This document shows, one piece after another, positions 35,819 to 51,293 of a DNA stretch of 64,000 nt; the stretch's first letter is position 1, and each line of letters opens with the position of its first letter. The DNA is from Chrysomallon squamiferum (Eukaryota; Animalia; Mollusca): NCBI GenBank assembly GCA_012295275.1, contig CM022679.1, forward strand, positions 31,186,001 to 31,250,000. The letters are read 5' to 3'. Under the pieces are notes generated by a model. It was not told where the DNA came from. It saw only the letters and a program-made list of their open reading frames with translations, and did no database searches. The translations under genes and the position numbers were made by a program.

Positions 35819-36040
35819 TATTATACTTTTTTTATTTTTTAGTCTAATAATAAATTATTTAGTTTACCGTAATTTTATTATTTTATTTTAATTTCGTCTA
35901 TCACTAACAAATTTTTTAACAAACTGTAAATTTTGATGTCCTGTTTCTTATGAAGTATTAAAATGTTTAAGAAATTTTACAGAACTTTTTTCTTTTGTAT
36001 TTTAACGCTGCACGTTCGTCTTGATGATAAGTTTTGTTGT

Positions 36041-36046
36041 AATAAA
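36041..36046 (+). terminator. Candidate polyadenylation signal of the GPCR transcript
   Basis: AATAAA 1.2 kb after the stop, followed by a T/GT-rich stretch; other AATAAA hexamers are nearby, so this is not unique. Confidence 0.25.
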
Positions 36047-36330
36047 ACTTATAAATGTTTTCTCTGTCAATAATGAGTGGAGAAACTATTTGAATGAATA
36101 CAATATTTCATAAAACGCTACATATACTTCACCACAACCACAACCATTACCATGCTACAACCACCACCACCACTAATAAAATTATTATTAGTACTACATT
36201 AGTACTAACTACTACCGCTATACTACTGCTACTACTACTGCAACATCTACTAGTACCATGCTGCTGCTACTAGTTACTTCTATTACTATTATAGTTATTA
36301 TTATTGATACAACTGCTATGCCACTACTCT

Positions 36331-36378
<48 letters not shown>

Positions 36379-36398
36379 ATGGACATATAGATAGACAT

Positions 36399-36429
<31 letters not shown>

Positions 36430-36908
36430 CAAAAAACACGGCATTAAAAATTAATTTATTAACTTTGTAATGATTTAAAAACACTGGTAGTTAAAAATGT
36501 TACTGTGCTTTACGGATATTTATTAAAAATACATGTCTAGGAAAACAGAATAGACTTATTTGACCAATATCTTTAATTATAATCACAAATACAAGAAGAA
36601 GAAAACTACTACTATTTCGGAGATATCTTCAGTTATTTTACGTTCATCACTTTGTTAGTATCATTCTGTGAGATTTATCTTTAAAGCCTATAGAGTTGCT
36701 TAGTGGGTGCTATTTTCGGATAAGCCGTTAAGTATTTCGATAATCCATGATGGATTAGTAACATTCATCTGAGAAAGACCATGATCATGTCTGATGTTCA
36801 GACTTAGGGATTAACCGCAAGATTTTTTATTTTCACACTTAAAACACAATCTTTTTTTATTTTAACCTTTTAAAATATTCAAAATTGTTAACCTTTTAAT
36901 ATTCAAAT

Positions 36909-37018
<110 letters not shown>

Positions 37019-37241
37019 CCGTCTCGCTCGCTGATTCTATTCATATCGATATGGCTTTCTCTCTCATTCTTAGTTTCTTTCTCTATATATTTAAATCTGT
37101 TATTCAGATTCGTTCTTTGCTATCTCTTTTTCTGGGGCTCTTTCAGCATACGAACAAATCATTAACGTTTCCTTTGCACTCTAATATGCCACACGTACAA
37201 AAATACTATTCAAAAATATGTTTTACATTTTATACGCACAA

Positions 37242-37284
<43 letters not shown>

Positions 37285-39213
37285 TTTAAAAATTAATAAT
37301 AATAAGAAGAAGAAGAACAACAACAACAACAACAACAATAACAACAACAAAATAAAAATAAATTAAAAAAAAAAATTCATTAAGCACTACAAGTAACAAT
37401 TTGCCGACTTTTAAAGTAGGCTAGCAGGTTATCAATAATCATAAGATCAATAAACAGTAAATACCAGGAAGCCTTTACCGGGAAAAGGCTGAGTAAAAGA
37501 AATTGCTGACAGGAAAGTGAATTAGGAACACTTTTAAAATTAATATACTAATATACAGTGTAAGAGAACGAGCCTTGATTACATTTCCTGTTCCAGATAT
37601 CACCAAAACGTCTGTTTTGACGAAGTTTTTAATATGCATTTCTTTACCTCAAATATAACGATACTAGCTGACAACCCTTAATCATGGAGTTGTAGTGGCA
37701 TGTTCAATCTCTGTGATATGATTATGATTATTATTTTATTTGTTTTTACCAAAAGCGTAGAAAAGAAAACGGAACCAGTGTAATGTATTTAATTTTTATA
37801 CGAAATAACAGTGAACATTAAAATATGCTGAGATACGATTCATTAACAAATATCTAACCATATATTATTTTACGATATCAGGCAAGATATTTTCTTTCAA
37901 GGCCAAGTTACCATTTTTTCTTCCATTCCACGCCATTGCGGTTTGCCTTCAGTATAGAATTACCTGATCAGAAAATGACAATTGTCTGCACCTGAGTAGC
38001 GCCTCCTTCAGTTTACAGAACTCGAATATAATTAGATATTTAATTTCTATCTCGTTTTAATTCGGTCTCAGTTCATAATGTTATTCTAGTTATTAAGCCA
38101 AACACTTAATTAACGTAACTAATTTCGACATTCAGTTTGTAACTTGTTTAATAATTATTATCGAAAACATACCAAACTGTGAAGAGTTGTCTTCCTTTTG
38201 AACGTGCAGACGACATGTTTTAGTATGCATCGTTTTCTCTGCTTTCGTAATTTACACAAAATATACAGTAACTTAATTACCGTTTTTACGCATTATTTAT
38301 TACCGCAGTCATTCCTGTATTCACATTTAATTCGGTAGTGGAACTGGGACAGCTCGTTAATGCTCTTAAATAAAATCACCATGGTGTAAACTGAAATACC
38401 ATGTTTTAAAGAGTGAAACGATTTTTTTTTAACTTTTTATTTTTTTTAAATTATATATACATGTTACAGAAAGACTGTGAAATTCCCTAATATTTTCAGG
38501 GAATTCGTGAAATCACTATTTAACCTAAAGATTTCATGAAATCATTATACTCTCCAGGGATTTCGCGTAATTGCTGGGAAGAAAAAAACAGTCGATGCTG
38601 AATTTCACATTTCTGCTGGACACAATAGTGATTCTTTTTATAATTATTTTTCGATAAGCATTTACTTCTTCCTTTTCTAATTTTTTTTCTTTTTTTTTTT
38701 TTCAATATGACCCCAAATGGATACTAATCGTAAAATGATTCTAAAGTTCTCAAAATATATTTTGTAACTGATTTTCAGTTAGACCACAACCATTGTGGTC
38801 ATAGCAGAAATTGAGAATATCAACAATAAATATTTTTAAAGATCTAAAAATTATTTTCTTTTATCCTTTTCCATTCTATCAAGCATAGATCAGAAGTTAC
38901 AAAAATGTAGAACTGCTCAAGGAAAAAATTACAAGAATTGCTCAAGGAAATAATAAGTATTATGTGTTATGGCTGTAAACCGCACTAACTCACAGAGACT
39001 GCTCATGCTCCTTTGCTTCCCAGTGTGGGTGACATTCAGCCATTTCGTGAAATAACTAGAAAGCTATTTCATTAATACGCAAAACAGACACGCACACTCA
39101 AGCGTACACACATACAAACACACAAATTCAGGGGAATACACACCGTACGAATTAAGAAATTGAATCTTTTAGTATTTTATTGTTTTCACGCAATTTTATT
39201 ATTTATTTATATT

Positions 39214-39253
<40 letters not shown>

Positions 39254-39767
39254 TAATATATTTTAATTGTTTTTTGTTTGTTTATTTGTTGTTCTCTTGT
39301 TGGGTTTTGGGGGGGGTTTTTTTCTTCTTTTTTTATATACCGTAGTTGCTTTATTGATGTTGTTTTTTTTTTACTATATTTCAGTTCTGATCATAATTCT
39401 GTGCCAAATTTTTTTTTTAAGATTATCTTTAATGATCAGAATAGTCAGTTATTTTCTTTTGTGTATATGCTGGAACTGTATTGTAATAGTATATTTTATT
39501 TATAGGGTTTGCATGTAATTATTACAATGTTCACAGGGAATCAGGAAACATTTTATTGTTTTAATACACAAAATAATATGATTTAAATAGAAGAAAATTT
39601 AAATAATGTTTTAAATTATTATAACAACCGTATCTATTATTTTTTATTAATTATTCAGAAAACATTAAATTAAATTTCATTCAGTGTTATACTCTCTGTG
39701 TCGGTAAAATAAACCATTTCAGATTTGAGTCTCATTCTATTTATAACCTATGAAACTGGGATGTGAG

Positions 39768-39776
39768 ACCGGAAGT
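39768..39776 (+). promoter_or_regulatory. ETS/GABP-type motif in putative INTS1 promoter
   Basis: ACCGGAAGT about 100 bp upstream of the INTS1 ATG; typical of housekeeping promoters. Confidence 0.5.
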
Positions 39777-39871
39777 AAAATACTGGTTTAAAATGTAACT
39801 CTAAAAACAGAAGATGTTTTGATGGGTTGAAGAAACTAAGACGAGACAAATAAATTAATTTCATAGTTAAA

Positions 39872-39920
39872 ATGGAGAGATCAAAGTTACCACCAGCTAA
39901 GAAAGGTTCTAAACCGAAAG
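39872..39920 (+). CDS. INTS1: INTS1 exon 1
   Basis: AAAATGG start; MERSKLPPAKKGSKPK; G|gtgagg. Confidence 0.8.
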
Positions 39921-40296
39921 GTGAGGACTGTTTTTCAATGCTTTGTTATGTATTTATATGTTGTATGTAATATTAATACGTTAGTTGTCACCGAGTCAGT
40001 AGTTAATCTGACTGCGTCGTCTGACTTGAGAAGTTATCATGTTAATTAAATATTTAATAACAACCAGATGTAAATTTTCTGATACGTTATAGTTACATGC
40101 ATATCAGAGAGAAATGATTTCTTGTATTAATACTCACTTGATAGTTGGTTAAACCAAGTTTTGATGATCACTACATGATATTGATAGTCATCATAATGAT
40201 AGTCATAGTACTTAGTAGCTTAAGAAGTAAAGTTATAATAATAATACTATCAATAGTGTTATATCACTGTAATTTTATTTATTAGAATATTTGTGT

Positions 40297-40345
<49 letters not shown>

Positions 40346-40348
40346 TTT

Positions 40349-40379
<31 letters not shown>

Positions 40380-41014
40380 ATATTTTTCAGTACATGCACC
40401 AACAGGGGATTTCATTGCTCTGGGTAAGGGGAAAGCATCAGACTCGGATATCAGTGCAGTACGACGCCCTTCAAGTCCCCAAGCAGTGGTGCGTAAACTT
40501 TCGTCTACCAGTGAGAGGAAGAGGGAAGCCACTACTGCTGCAAGTGTCATTTTACCAAAGAAACCAAAGTTGATGAGTCAGACATTTACTCCTCTAGGTA
40601 GACATGCAACAGAAGCTGACAGAAAAGCATCCCCATCTACTGTGATACCACTGGCATTTGAGGAAAATGCTATAGAAGGTACAAAGATAATGTCTACAAA
40701 ATGGATTGTGATGTGACGATTCTGCAAAGAAAATTTACTAATATGTGTAATGCAAAGCAGAAAAAAAGGGATATAAATGTTTTCTGAAATTTTAACAATC
40801 CCATTATTTTGTTTGCAACAACTGAATGAGTAACTGACTTTGTAATTATCATGGTGCATTCCTGTTATATAAATCTGTATTAAACTTTTAAATGACAAAT
40901 TCAGTTACTCACAGATTATTTATTATTTATTGACTTAAAAAGAATATGTGTGTATATATATAGGTAGATAGATAGATAGATATTTATATATAAAATTTAT
41001 TTTTTTACTTATTA

Positions 41015-41059
<45 letters not shown>

Positions 41060-44000
41060 TGGAACCATGTGAAATGCTTGAAGGAGTGCTTGCTGCTGTA
41101 AAGTCAGGTGATGACCAGAAAATTGAGGGTATCTTATGTGGAGCAGTAAAAACTTTACATGGTAACCGAGTGAAACCTGACCCAGTGATTTTTCTTACTT
41201 TGATGTATTTGGCAAAAACTCATCCCAGCATCTTCTGCAGTGAGCTTGTTATTGAGGTAAATCAGAATTGTTTCTAAAGAAAATGACTTTTCAATATGGT
41301 TTATAAATTAGATTTAAAAAACACAGTATTCTTTACTTTATTTTGTGGATAAGTTTGGGAAGTGGAATCAACAAATATATATATTTTTTTATTTTTTTAT
41401 TTATTTAATATATTTTTGAAATTAATTTCTTGCAAAATGTTTTTTTGAACTGTAAAAAAAATAAAGTATTTTACATTTTATTTGGTCACAGGCTTTCTGC
41501 AGTCTACTCAAGCGAGATCCATCACTGAACTTCAAAGCAAAAGGAAATGCTTTGGTTTCTGTGCTGGCATGTAACACACTGATGGCATCATTTTCTGATG
41601 AAGACAGCTGGCCAGATGATTTTGTCAAAGTAAGTCTTTTAGTTCACACTTACCAAAAAAAAAGTAAAAAAATTTGACATATTTGAATTATTATTTTTTA
41701 GTAAATAAATGATAGAATTTATATTTCAGTTGAATTAAGAAACTAGACTCTTTTTTTTATTAATTATCAGTTTGTTGTAGTCAAATGTACATACAGAATT
41801 TAGAGAAAGACATTTAATTATTATTTTATTATAATCTAAATTATCATGCATGTGAAGAAGTATATTTAATTATTTTATTATAATAGTATAAAGTATTTAA
41901 AGAAATAAATAATTAATTATGTTATTATAATATTAATAATCTAATACATCTACAAGAAGTACAGCTAACTATCATGCTATGTTACAAGGTGTATGTTGAA
42001 GACTCTTTGGGAGAGCGGATCTGGCTGGACAGAGAAGACTGTCGTTGTTTTGTGGAGAACATCCAAACTGCATTTAACACAAAAATCCCACCAAAAAGCA
42101 TGTTGATATCATCAGCTGACTTAGGCAGGACAGAAGTATCGGGGTCATGTGAGAATTCTGTTATAACTTTTACTAATATAAAGCTATTGACTTAATGATA
42201 TTTTTTAAACAAAGCTGCTGTCATATAGAGCACATGCTGCAGTCAATGTCTCTTGTTTTACTCTTTCTTGTTTATTTCTCATTCAGTTGTTTTCTTCTGA
42301 TTTGTAACTGTTTTAACAAACTCAGAAAACGTTAACTGAAAATGTTTAAAGAAGGTTTATATTTGTAATTCAGATGAATAAAATGTGTATTTTGATAAAT
42401 CATATTTATTTTCATTCAATAAATAAATAAAAATAAAAAAAAAAATTTTGTCATGTTTTAAAAAAAAAATCTTTTATAACTTCTTATTTTATTCAAAAGT
42501 ATTTTCCCTACAAACATTCATTAAATAATAATAATAATCATAAAGGAAAAGATAAAATCATTATATTGTTGTTTTCAACTAGTTACATTCTCTTTACTGA
42601 TAGAGACTTTTAGTTTCATTTCACTGTTTCATGTTACAGCAAGCCCTGTGCTGAATTTGTTTGAAGAAGAGGATGTGAGGAAAAGTCCAGACAGAGCTGA
42701 TACAGAGTCTGAGAAATCTGGCAATTCTGTTGGTGACATAGGTGTAGTCTCACCTAGGTTAGCACACAGGTTTTTTTTATGTCTAGTTTGATAAAGAAGG
42801 TGAAACCACAATGCTCAAACACACAAACACACACACACACACACAGACACACAGAGAGACACACACACACACAACACACACAGACAGACAGACACAGTGG
42901 TTTTAGTACATATTTCTTGTTACAGCTAGGCTATGGATTGTTTTTCTTTTACATGTTACATTGTACGTTATGTTATATTATATTATATTATATTATATTA
43001 TATTTATTGTATTATAATATATTGCATTATATTACATTACATTATCATATATTTTATTTACTATTTTTAACAAAGATATCCATTCCGACAAGACAGTATA
43101 GAATCGTTTATACACGAGGTTATTCACGAACATCTCAACAGACGCCAGCCAATGGATGCGTCAGCAAGAAATCTAATTCGACTAATGTCGATGACAGCAG
43201 GTTATGCCGAAGTGAGATCCATAGCAGCACAGAGACTAGAAATGTGGCTGCAAAATCCAAAGGTAAAGATTTTATTTTAAAGTTAAAATAAACAAAAAAA
43301 ACATGCATACTTATCCTAAATATCAAAATTCATTTTTATTATATTTTGACTTAATAATGTTTTTTGTAAAAGCTTCACAAGTAGCTTTTGCAAGAACTGT
43401 ATATACCTGTAACAGTTCTAGGTATTGATAAAGTTGTGTATTTTTCAGTTACACCAAAATAGCATTTATCTATATCTATATTTATATCTCTGTGTGTATA
43501 ATATATATGTTTTATTTTAGTGTATGTGTGTGTGTGTGTGTAATATATGTATATTTTTTATTATTAAACAGCTTGCCCGCACTGCTCAAGACTTGTTGAT
43601 GTCTGTGTGTATGAACTGTAACCAGCAAGAACACAGTGATATTGAAGTCATTGCTCAATTGATAAAGATCCGCATGAAGACAAAGCCACTTGTCAATCAC
43701 TATCTCAACTGTATGAGGTGAACAATTTGTTTTTAACATAAGTTTATATCAGTCACTTTTTCAACCTTAAGTAGTAAATATGAGTTTAAAATATTTTTTA
43801 TCTGCTAGTTTAGTAGCATTGTGTTACCAAAATAGATTTAAAACTTAAATAGCAAAATGCAAGATATTTATAATGTTTGTTTTTTCAGAATTTAAGTATG
43901 ATACATTCCATGAAAAAAACTGTTACCATAAAGGTTTATGTTATTAAAGGTTTTAATTTTGGGGGTTTGTTGTTTTATTTTTTTTTTATTTTTTTTTTAT

Positions 44001-45707
44001 TTTTTTTCTCTAGGTAACTAATTTAATTCTCATTTGTGCTGCTGTCTCAAATCAATGACAATTTTTAGTTTGTTACTGTCCTTGGAGAAGCATTTAATTT
44101 TACACGTTTTTTTACAAAAAATACATGGCAGTTATGTTTATTCTAAGATGTCTGATTATGGATGATCTGTGATTTCAGGGAGTTATTAGTACAGCACACA
44201 GATAATCTAAGGATTATCCTCACTCACACAATCTACAATGAGTTGTCACAGGCCAGAAATCCTAACAACATGTCGCTATTGGCAACCACATTTCAGGTGT
44301 CTGGAGATGCTGCTGCCAAGGTAGAATATTTCACTATTTTATATTAACAATGTCTGACCAATGAATAGGTTAAAAATAGAATTAATTTGTTTTTGTAAAA
44401 AAATGTATTTTATTTTAAATGTTTTCTGAAGCATTCTAACATTCTACTGGCTAAGAATTATCATTTGTTCTTCTTTTTTTTATAATTTATTTATTTATTT
44501 ATTCATTTATTTCATTTATTTGATAAGAACAAATAAGATGCAAAAGAACATTTTCCATTAAAATGAATCAGATTAACTCTAGTGAATCTAAAATAAAATT
44601 ACTTATTTGTTTCTATTAATTTAGATGTTAGCAGAAGTCTTTCAGGATCTGTCGGCTAACAAGGATGATTATCTCCGGGCTCTGAGAGCTCTTCTTCGTG
44701 AAATTGTCCGAGCAGTTCGACATGATCTCAACTTCCCTGCCTTCTGTCTCGGGCTCATGCAGGAACGCACTGAAACCAAGTTTGCTGAAATGGACTCAGT
44801 CTTTAAGGCATGGGTTTTACTCCTAGCTTGAAAAAAATTAACTCAGATATTTAATTTATTATGAAAAGGTTGATTTGAAATGATAAAAAGACTAATGTTA
44901 ATTTTGAAAATATTTATGCAAAGCTTTTTGGTTGATAAATTTGAACAGTGGAGTGAGATTTCATCCTCAATTAGAAAATCTGTCTGTTTTGATATATATT
45001 CTTACACTAAAAATTGTTCCCTTTCTTTAATTTTATTTTTAATTTCTAAAATTTATAAATTGTTAGAACCTGAAACAAAATTGACTGGCTTCCAGTGAAA
45101 GAAACAAAAAGCAAAAGTATTAAAAATGGAAATATACAGTGCATCCAGGCATTATTTTCCTCTTTTTCTTAGAAAGCCTTGTTTACATCCCTGATAAGAA
45201 AAATAATAAATGTAATGTAGTAAAATTTTTAAAGTTTTGAGATGGTGTGCATGCTAAAATAGGTGTAAAAACTGAGAGAAACAATTAAATATTTTTATAT
45301 AAAACAAATTCCTGTCATTCCGAGTGGAATTCTTATCATTCAGCATTACGACATCTTTTACATTTTATTTGTTGATGACAGAAAAGAACTTACAGGCCTT
45401 AACATACCAGATGTGTGGCATTGGCTGTAATGGGAAATATTGCAATGGCTGCACAAGAGAGATCTGATTTTGATTCTCAAGCACTTCATGTTCAGTGTAT
45501 GATATTTTTATTATGCTTGAACATGTTTTAATTATGAAGTAACAGATTGTTTGTTTTACAGGAGCGTTTTGTTATGTCTATGACTGACCTCATCACTCTC
45601 AGTGTTCTGCTGGGAATTACTCCTGCTGTCAGGGAGGCTGTGGCTTCATTGGCCAAAGGAGAAAACAAAGGTTAGTTACTAGTTTTCACTGAAGTAGAGT
45701 GAGTGAG

Positions 45708-45748
<41 letters not shown>

Positions 45749-47169
45749 ATGTAAGAAAGAGAGACAAGATGCTTAGAGAGAGAGAGAGATAAAGGGAAAA
45801 AAGACAGAGATAATATTACAGAAAGAGTATTTATTAATACACTGAATACGTTTGATTTAGGACAGATATCTTCTGTTGATCAAATGTGTACCTAAAACTG
45901 AACAGTAATTTGCTATGTACTCTCTTCAGCTAATATATTTTTTTTTTTTCATTAAGATACTTAGATTTTAGTATTTTGAATAAAATATTTATATTATATT
46001 TAAATATTTATGTCATAATGATTGAGTTTTAATGTAAAAAAAATGTAATTAATTTGTTATTTCTTATGTTAATTGGGCATACAAAAAAACAGATATTAAA
46101 TTCAGTATATGTTTTACATATATATGTGTGTGTGTTTACAAAAACATAATAATAATAATAATTGTAAATGAAAGATTAAAAGTATTGTATTGTTTCAGAT
46201 ATTGAAGTTCTGCATCAGTTTAAAAATCACTGTGCGGTCATTCAGCGAGATGCAGTATGGTGGCTTCACACAGTTGTACCTAAAATCATGGAAATCAAAC
46301 CAGCAGAATATGTTCACTGGTATCACTTTATTTAAATGTCACATTAAATTCTGATCTCAATCATTTTTAGTTCCATATATTTTTATTCTTTATTTTTATA
46401 TATATTAATGAATTTTGTTTTCCTTTCTTTTACCTCTTATAAAGTGTTTCTGAAGTTATATATGAATGGTGTCAGTAATTCTGTATATTTTTAACTGGTA
46501 TGCTGATGACATTATTTGTTAATAATTCAGTATTACACTTTATAAAATACACAGTGAGGTGCATATCTTTATAGTGACATTATAAAGACATTTCATGTTT
46601 TTCAACTGATTATCTAGTTCTTGTTTCTTCTGGTAAAAATACAATTAATAGTCTATATTTTCTACATAAATATATTTTGCGTATTTTCAAATGTTTGTTT
46701 TAACTTTAACTGATGTCCAGCCTTTTCAAGTAATAAAGTATGACAGAAATGAAACATGACTACACAGATTCATTTTCTTGCCTCTGATATTCATTAGAAA
46801 AAAGTTTATAAAATAAAACGAATGGTACTGAAAAAGAATATAATCACTATCTATATTCCTAAGAGTTGTCTTTTCATAATTTTAATTTAAAAAGAACAAA
46901 TGTTTGATTTTTCAGTTTACACAAAGTTCTCTTTCTCGAAGAAGCACAACACTACTACAGCAAGGACAACTGGCCACCAGAGGGAGACAGAATGTAAGTT
47001 TCTTACCCATAATGCAGCATTCTAATGACTGTAAATCAGAGGGATTTAGAATACAATGTTGTTGTTGTTATTATTATTGCTATTATTATTACTACTATTA
47101 CTAATATAACTCCTGCTATCTTTATTACTACTACTATCACTATTCCAGTTATTATTATTATTTTTTTTT

Positions 47170-47239
<70 letters not shown>

Positions 47240-50200
47240 TGAAGTGATCTGTGCATATCCTGACCAGTGCCTTTGTTTCCACAACAAACACCATTATCAT
47301 TCTGAGCTGATGACATTATTATTAACAAATAAACCTATCATAATCAGTTACAGTTTTCTCTGCAACAAGAATGACTAATGTTTAGTGTTGACTTTTAACA
47401 GAATGATGCTGCGACTGTCTGCAGAGGTTCCTATCCTGGAAGACACACTGATGCGTGTTTTACTGATAGGATTATCCAGAGAACTGCCTCTCAGTGCTGT
47501 AGATGCTGTAGAACTCGGAGATCAGCTCATTAAAAGAGCAGCTGCATTATACTATGGAGGTGAAAAAAAATTATTAAAAGTTTTACTTCTTTTTAATACA
47601 TTTAATTATATTTGTTTTAGTTATATATACATATACACCAACTTCTTGTATTACTATATTTTTGGTTAAGAGCAAACAGTACTGCATGTTTCATTGTTTC
47701 AGTGGGTATGGAGGTACTACATGTAGAGAGATTACAGCTTCTGGATGCTTTGCTTAATCTGTGTGCATACCGACACCCAGAGAAAATAGCTTTGCCAAAA
47801 GGGTGAGAATTTTATGTGAATGTGTGTATGTAAAAAAAAAAGAACTATATATATATAAACACATAAACACACACACATTCACACACACGTATTTGTTGCG
47901 TTTTTTTGCGTTTTTGTTTTATTTATATATATATATATTTTTATTTTTTATTATTATTTACATTATTTGGTTAATTTCAGTTAGTTAATTAGTCAGTAAG
48001 CTGGTGAGTTAATTTTCTGTTGTGTTCATTTTAACTGATAATCAGTATTAACATGTTTTTGAGTAATTTAGAAAGTGCAAGAGTTATATTAATATTTGCC
48101 ATAAAACTTAAATGTTTAAAATAAATACATACTATATATCTATTAATGTTCTTGCACATGTCTGCTTAGATTTTGTGTGAATGCAAATTGAATAAATGTA
48201 AATATTCAGTCTCAGTAATTCATTTTAAAAATAAACATATCATATTTTTTAAAAACAACTGTATTGTATGTTGCAGGTACCAGCCCCCAGCACTGGCTAT
48301 ATCAGCTCTCTACTGGAAAGCTTGGACAATGTTACTCATACTGTCAGCCTTCAACCCCACCACATTCGGTTTGTGTTTTATCTGTCTCTCTGTTTAACAG
48401 TGTTTTTGTTTATATTTGTGTGTTGCTGTCTGTATACATAATGTATGTTTGTATTTGTATTTGTATGTATTCATTTAAATGTGTGTGTGTGTGTGTGTAT
48501 AATTTTCAGCTTTCAAGTACTAATATTGATATTAAAACAGTAATATACTAACAGGCTACTCTTGACACTTTGTTAATCTTTCAGTATGTGATCTTTTTAA
48601 TGCATAGGTAAAAAAGATGAATGATTAGAGTTTTTAACTTATATTTGTATTATTTGCAGGTTTAGCTGCTTGGGAAAAGTACCCTACTCTGAAGTTGATG
48701 ATGGAAATGTCAATGACAAAGTATGTTTGTTTTAGTAAATATTTTGTGAAATTTAATATACTAAATACATTTTGTTTAAATGTCAAATAATAATATGATG
48801 CAGTAATTATATAAATTGGAAAGTTTACAATGTGGAGTTGTATTGTAGATGAGTAATTTAAAGAGAGAAAATGAAGACAAGTTACACTTTTATGTAGTTA
48901 TACATCATGTTGCTACATAATTTTAAATATGACTGTAACAAGGAGACAGTGTGTTATTTTTGTGATATTACATTAACTGTTTGTTCATAATATTTAAACT
49001 GAAAATACAACCAAAAAAATCCCTGTTAATTTGAGAAAGAAAAACTATAAATAAATAATAACAATAACAAATAAATAATAAACAAAAAACACAGATAATA
49101 AAAAAAAATAAAAAAATAAAAATTTAAAAAAGAAATATGAGTTTAATTCTCTTATTTTTATTTTTATTATTATTTTCTGGTTTTTATTTTATTTTATTTT
49201 ATTTTTTTAATTATTATTTAATTTTCTGTTTATGTTTTTTTATTATTTTTTATATTTTTCAGTAACTTCACCTTTCCACCACCAACTCTGGCCAGTGATG
49301 AGAAAACAATTGAAGAACTGAAAAATCAGGAGAGACAGGTTTGTTGAAATCATCTTTTCACAAGAAAGACTCCATCTTGTAATGTCTGTTACCCACATTT
49401 ATCAAAATACTTCTTCTAATAGAAACTGTATTTTAATCAATTTAAAAGAATTTTAGGGATTCAAATGTAGGACACCATTTTTTTCTTTTTTTTTCCTTTA
49501 TTTTCTTTCATTATTATTGTTATTTTTGTTCCTGTTGTTGTATTTTTTCACTTGCAGATGAAGACTCTAAAACTGTCTTATGACACTTATGTGCATTCAG
49601 TAACTATTTTCAATAACTTCAAAAGTTTATTAAGTTAAAAGACTCACCTGACTGTTTTGTTTTAGATTCATCAGAGAGAAGTTCAGGGAATCCTGGAGTT
49701 TGAAAGTCACCTGGCTGCAGCAACCAGCAAAGTGACAATCACAGAGTCTAACAGTTTGCTGATCGATCAGGTCACATCCATGGATCCAAGGTACTCTTTA
49801 CATTTTTATTTTAACTGTTTAAAATCTGTCTGAAAATATTCTCTTTAAATGTATTTACATTTGTATTTAATACATTATTTAACTGATTCACTGAGCAGTC
49901 TGCAAATTCACTGTTTAAATGTGTTTAAATTCATATTTAATTAATTTAGTGATCAATATTTTACTTTGTTTATATTCTGTTCAGTGAATTATGTAAGTAT
50001 GTTAATATTTGTTCTCGGTGAGTGCAGTAATTAAATGTATTTAAATTCTCTTTATATTATATTTAATCAACTATTGATTGTGATTAAACTGCATTTAATA
50101 AACTATTTAATATGTTTATATTTAGTAAACTGTTTAATGTTTACACTATTTAATTAACTATTTATATTATTTGTATTGTATTTAATAAACACATTCATGT

Positions 50201-51214
50201 GTTTATGGTCTTTAGTAAATGGTATTAAGTGTATTTCTATTTAGATACATATCAGACTTCATCTGAGTTCACTATGTTAGTTTAGTTTATTTAATATAAT
50301 TTACTATTTTATTTTTGTGTTTAGTGGTATTGCCCGCTGTCCACCTGCCAAAGTTCTGGAACAGCTGCAGGCTCTGAACAACTCACTGAAGATAGGACAG
50401 ATGTTGTGTAGAAGCAGAAGTCCAGACTTCCTTCTTGACATCATTCAGAGACAGGTAGGTTTCTTCTTTAACTTACTTACTTATTGTTAAACTGTACAGC
50501 AGTGATACAAAAATGTATGTTAAATACGTTTTTTGATTTTTCTTCCAGGTAATTGTTTTATTCCTTTCTGAATTGTATCTATATATGAATAGTAAAATAT
50601 ATGAATAGGTGGCTAAATAAATTTGGAAAATAACTCAAAAAGTATTCAAATATTTATATACAAAATAATAATGTTGTTGTCAGATTAATGTATGCACGTA
50701 GTTTAGAGAAAACGGCTTGCTTGATGTGTAATAATTATTGATTAATCCTTATCCTATCTTTGGAACTATTTGGTTCATTCATTCCAGTGTCTGTTACAAT
50801 TTTTGTTCCATACATTCATATGGCAAAGAGTATTCACCAACTGACAAACTTTCACACATTTTTGCCTTATTTGTAGACAATAATTGTGATTTGTCTGGAT
50901 TATGCAGTGACTGCTATACTGAGATGTGTTTTTGTTACAGGGCACCTCGCAGTCAATGCCGTGGCTCGCTGAGATGGTGGAGTCCAGTGAGGGGTCACTA
51001 GACGTGCTTCCAGTCCAGTGTCTCTGTGAGTTTCTCCTTCATGAACCTCCAGAGCTCAACGAAGCAGCCGATGCCGAGGTTTTCAAAACCGAGAAGTATC
51101 GCCGACGACAGGTCCGTAGTTTTAAATATATGACGAAACTTTATTTTTTTCTTAGTTTAGTATTTAATTTTATATTTTATTTTTTATTTATTTTTTTTTT
51201 TTTGTATTAATTAT

Positions 51215-51247
<33 letters not shown>

Positions 51248-51248
51248 T

Positions 51249-51293
<45 letters not shown>

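Noticed and set aside
42779-43291. 170 aa ORF overlapping INTS1 exon 7
   Set aside because: Wrong frame relative to the conserved INTS1 peptide; the remainder is CA/TA repeat.
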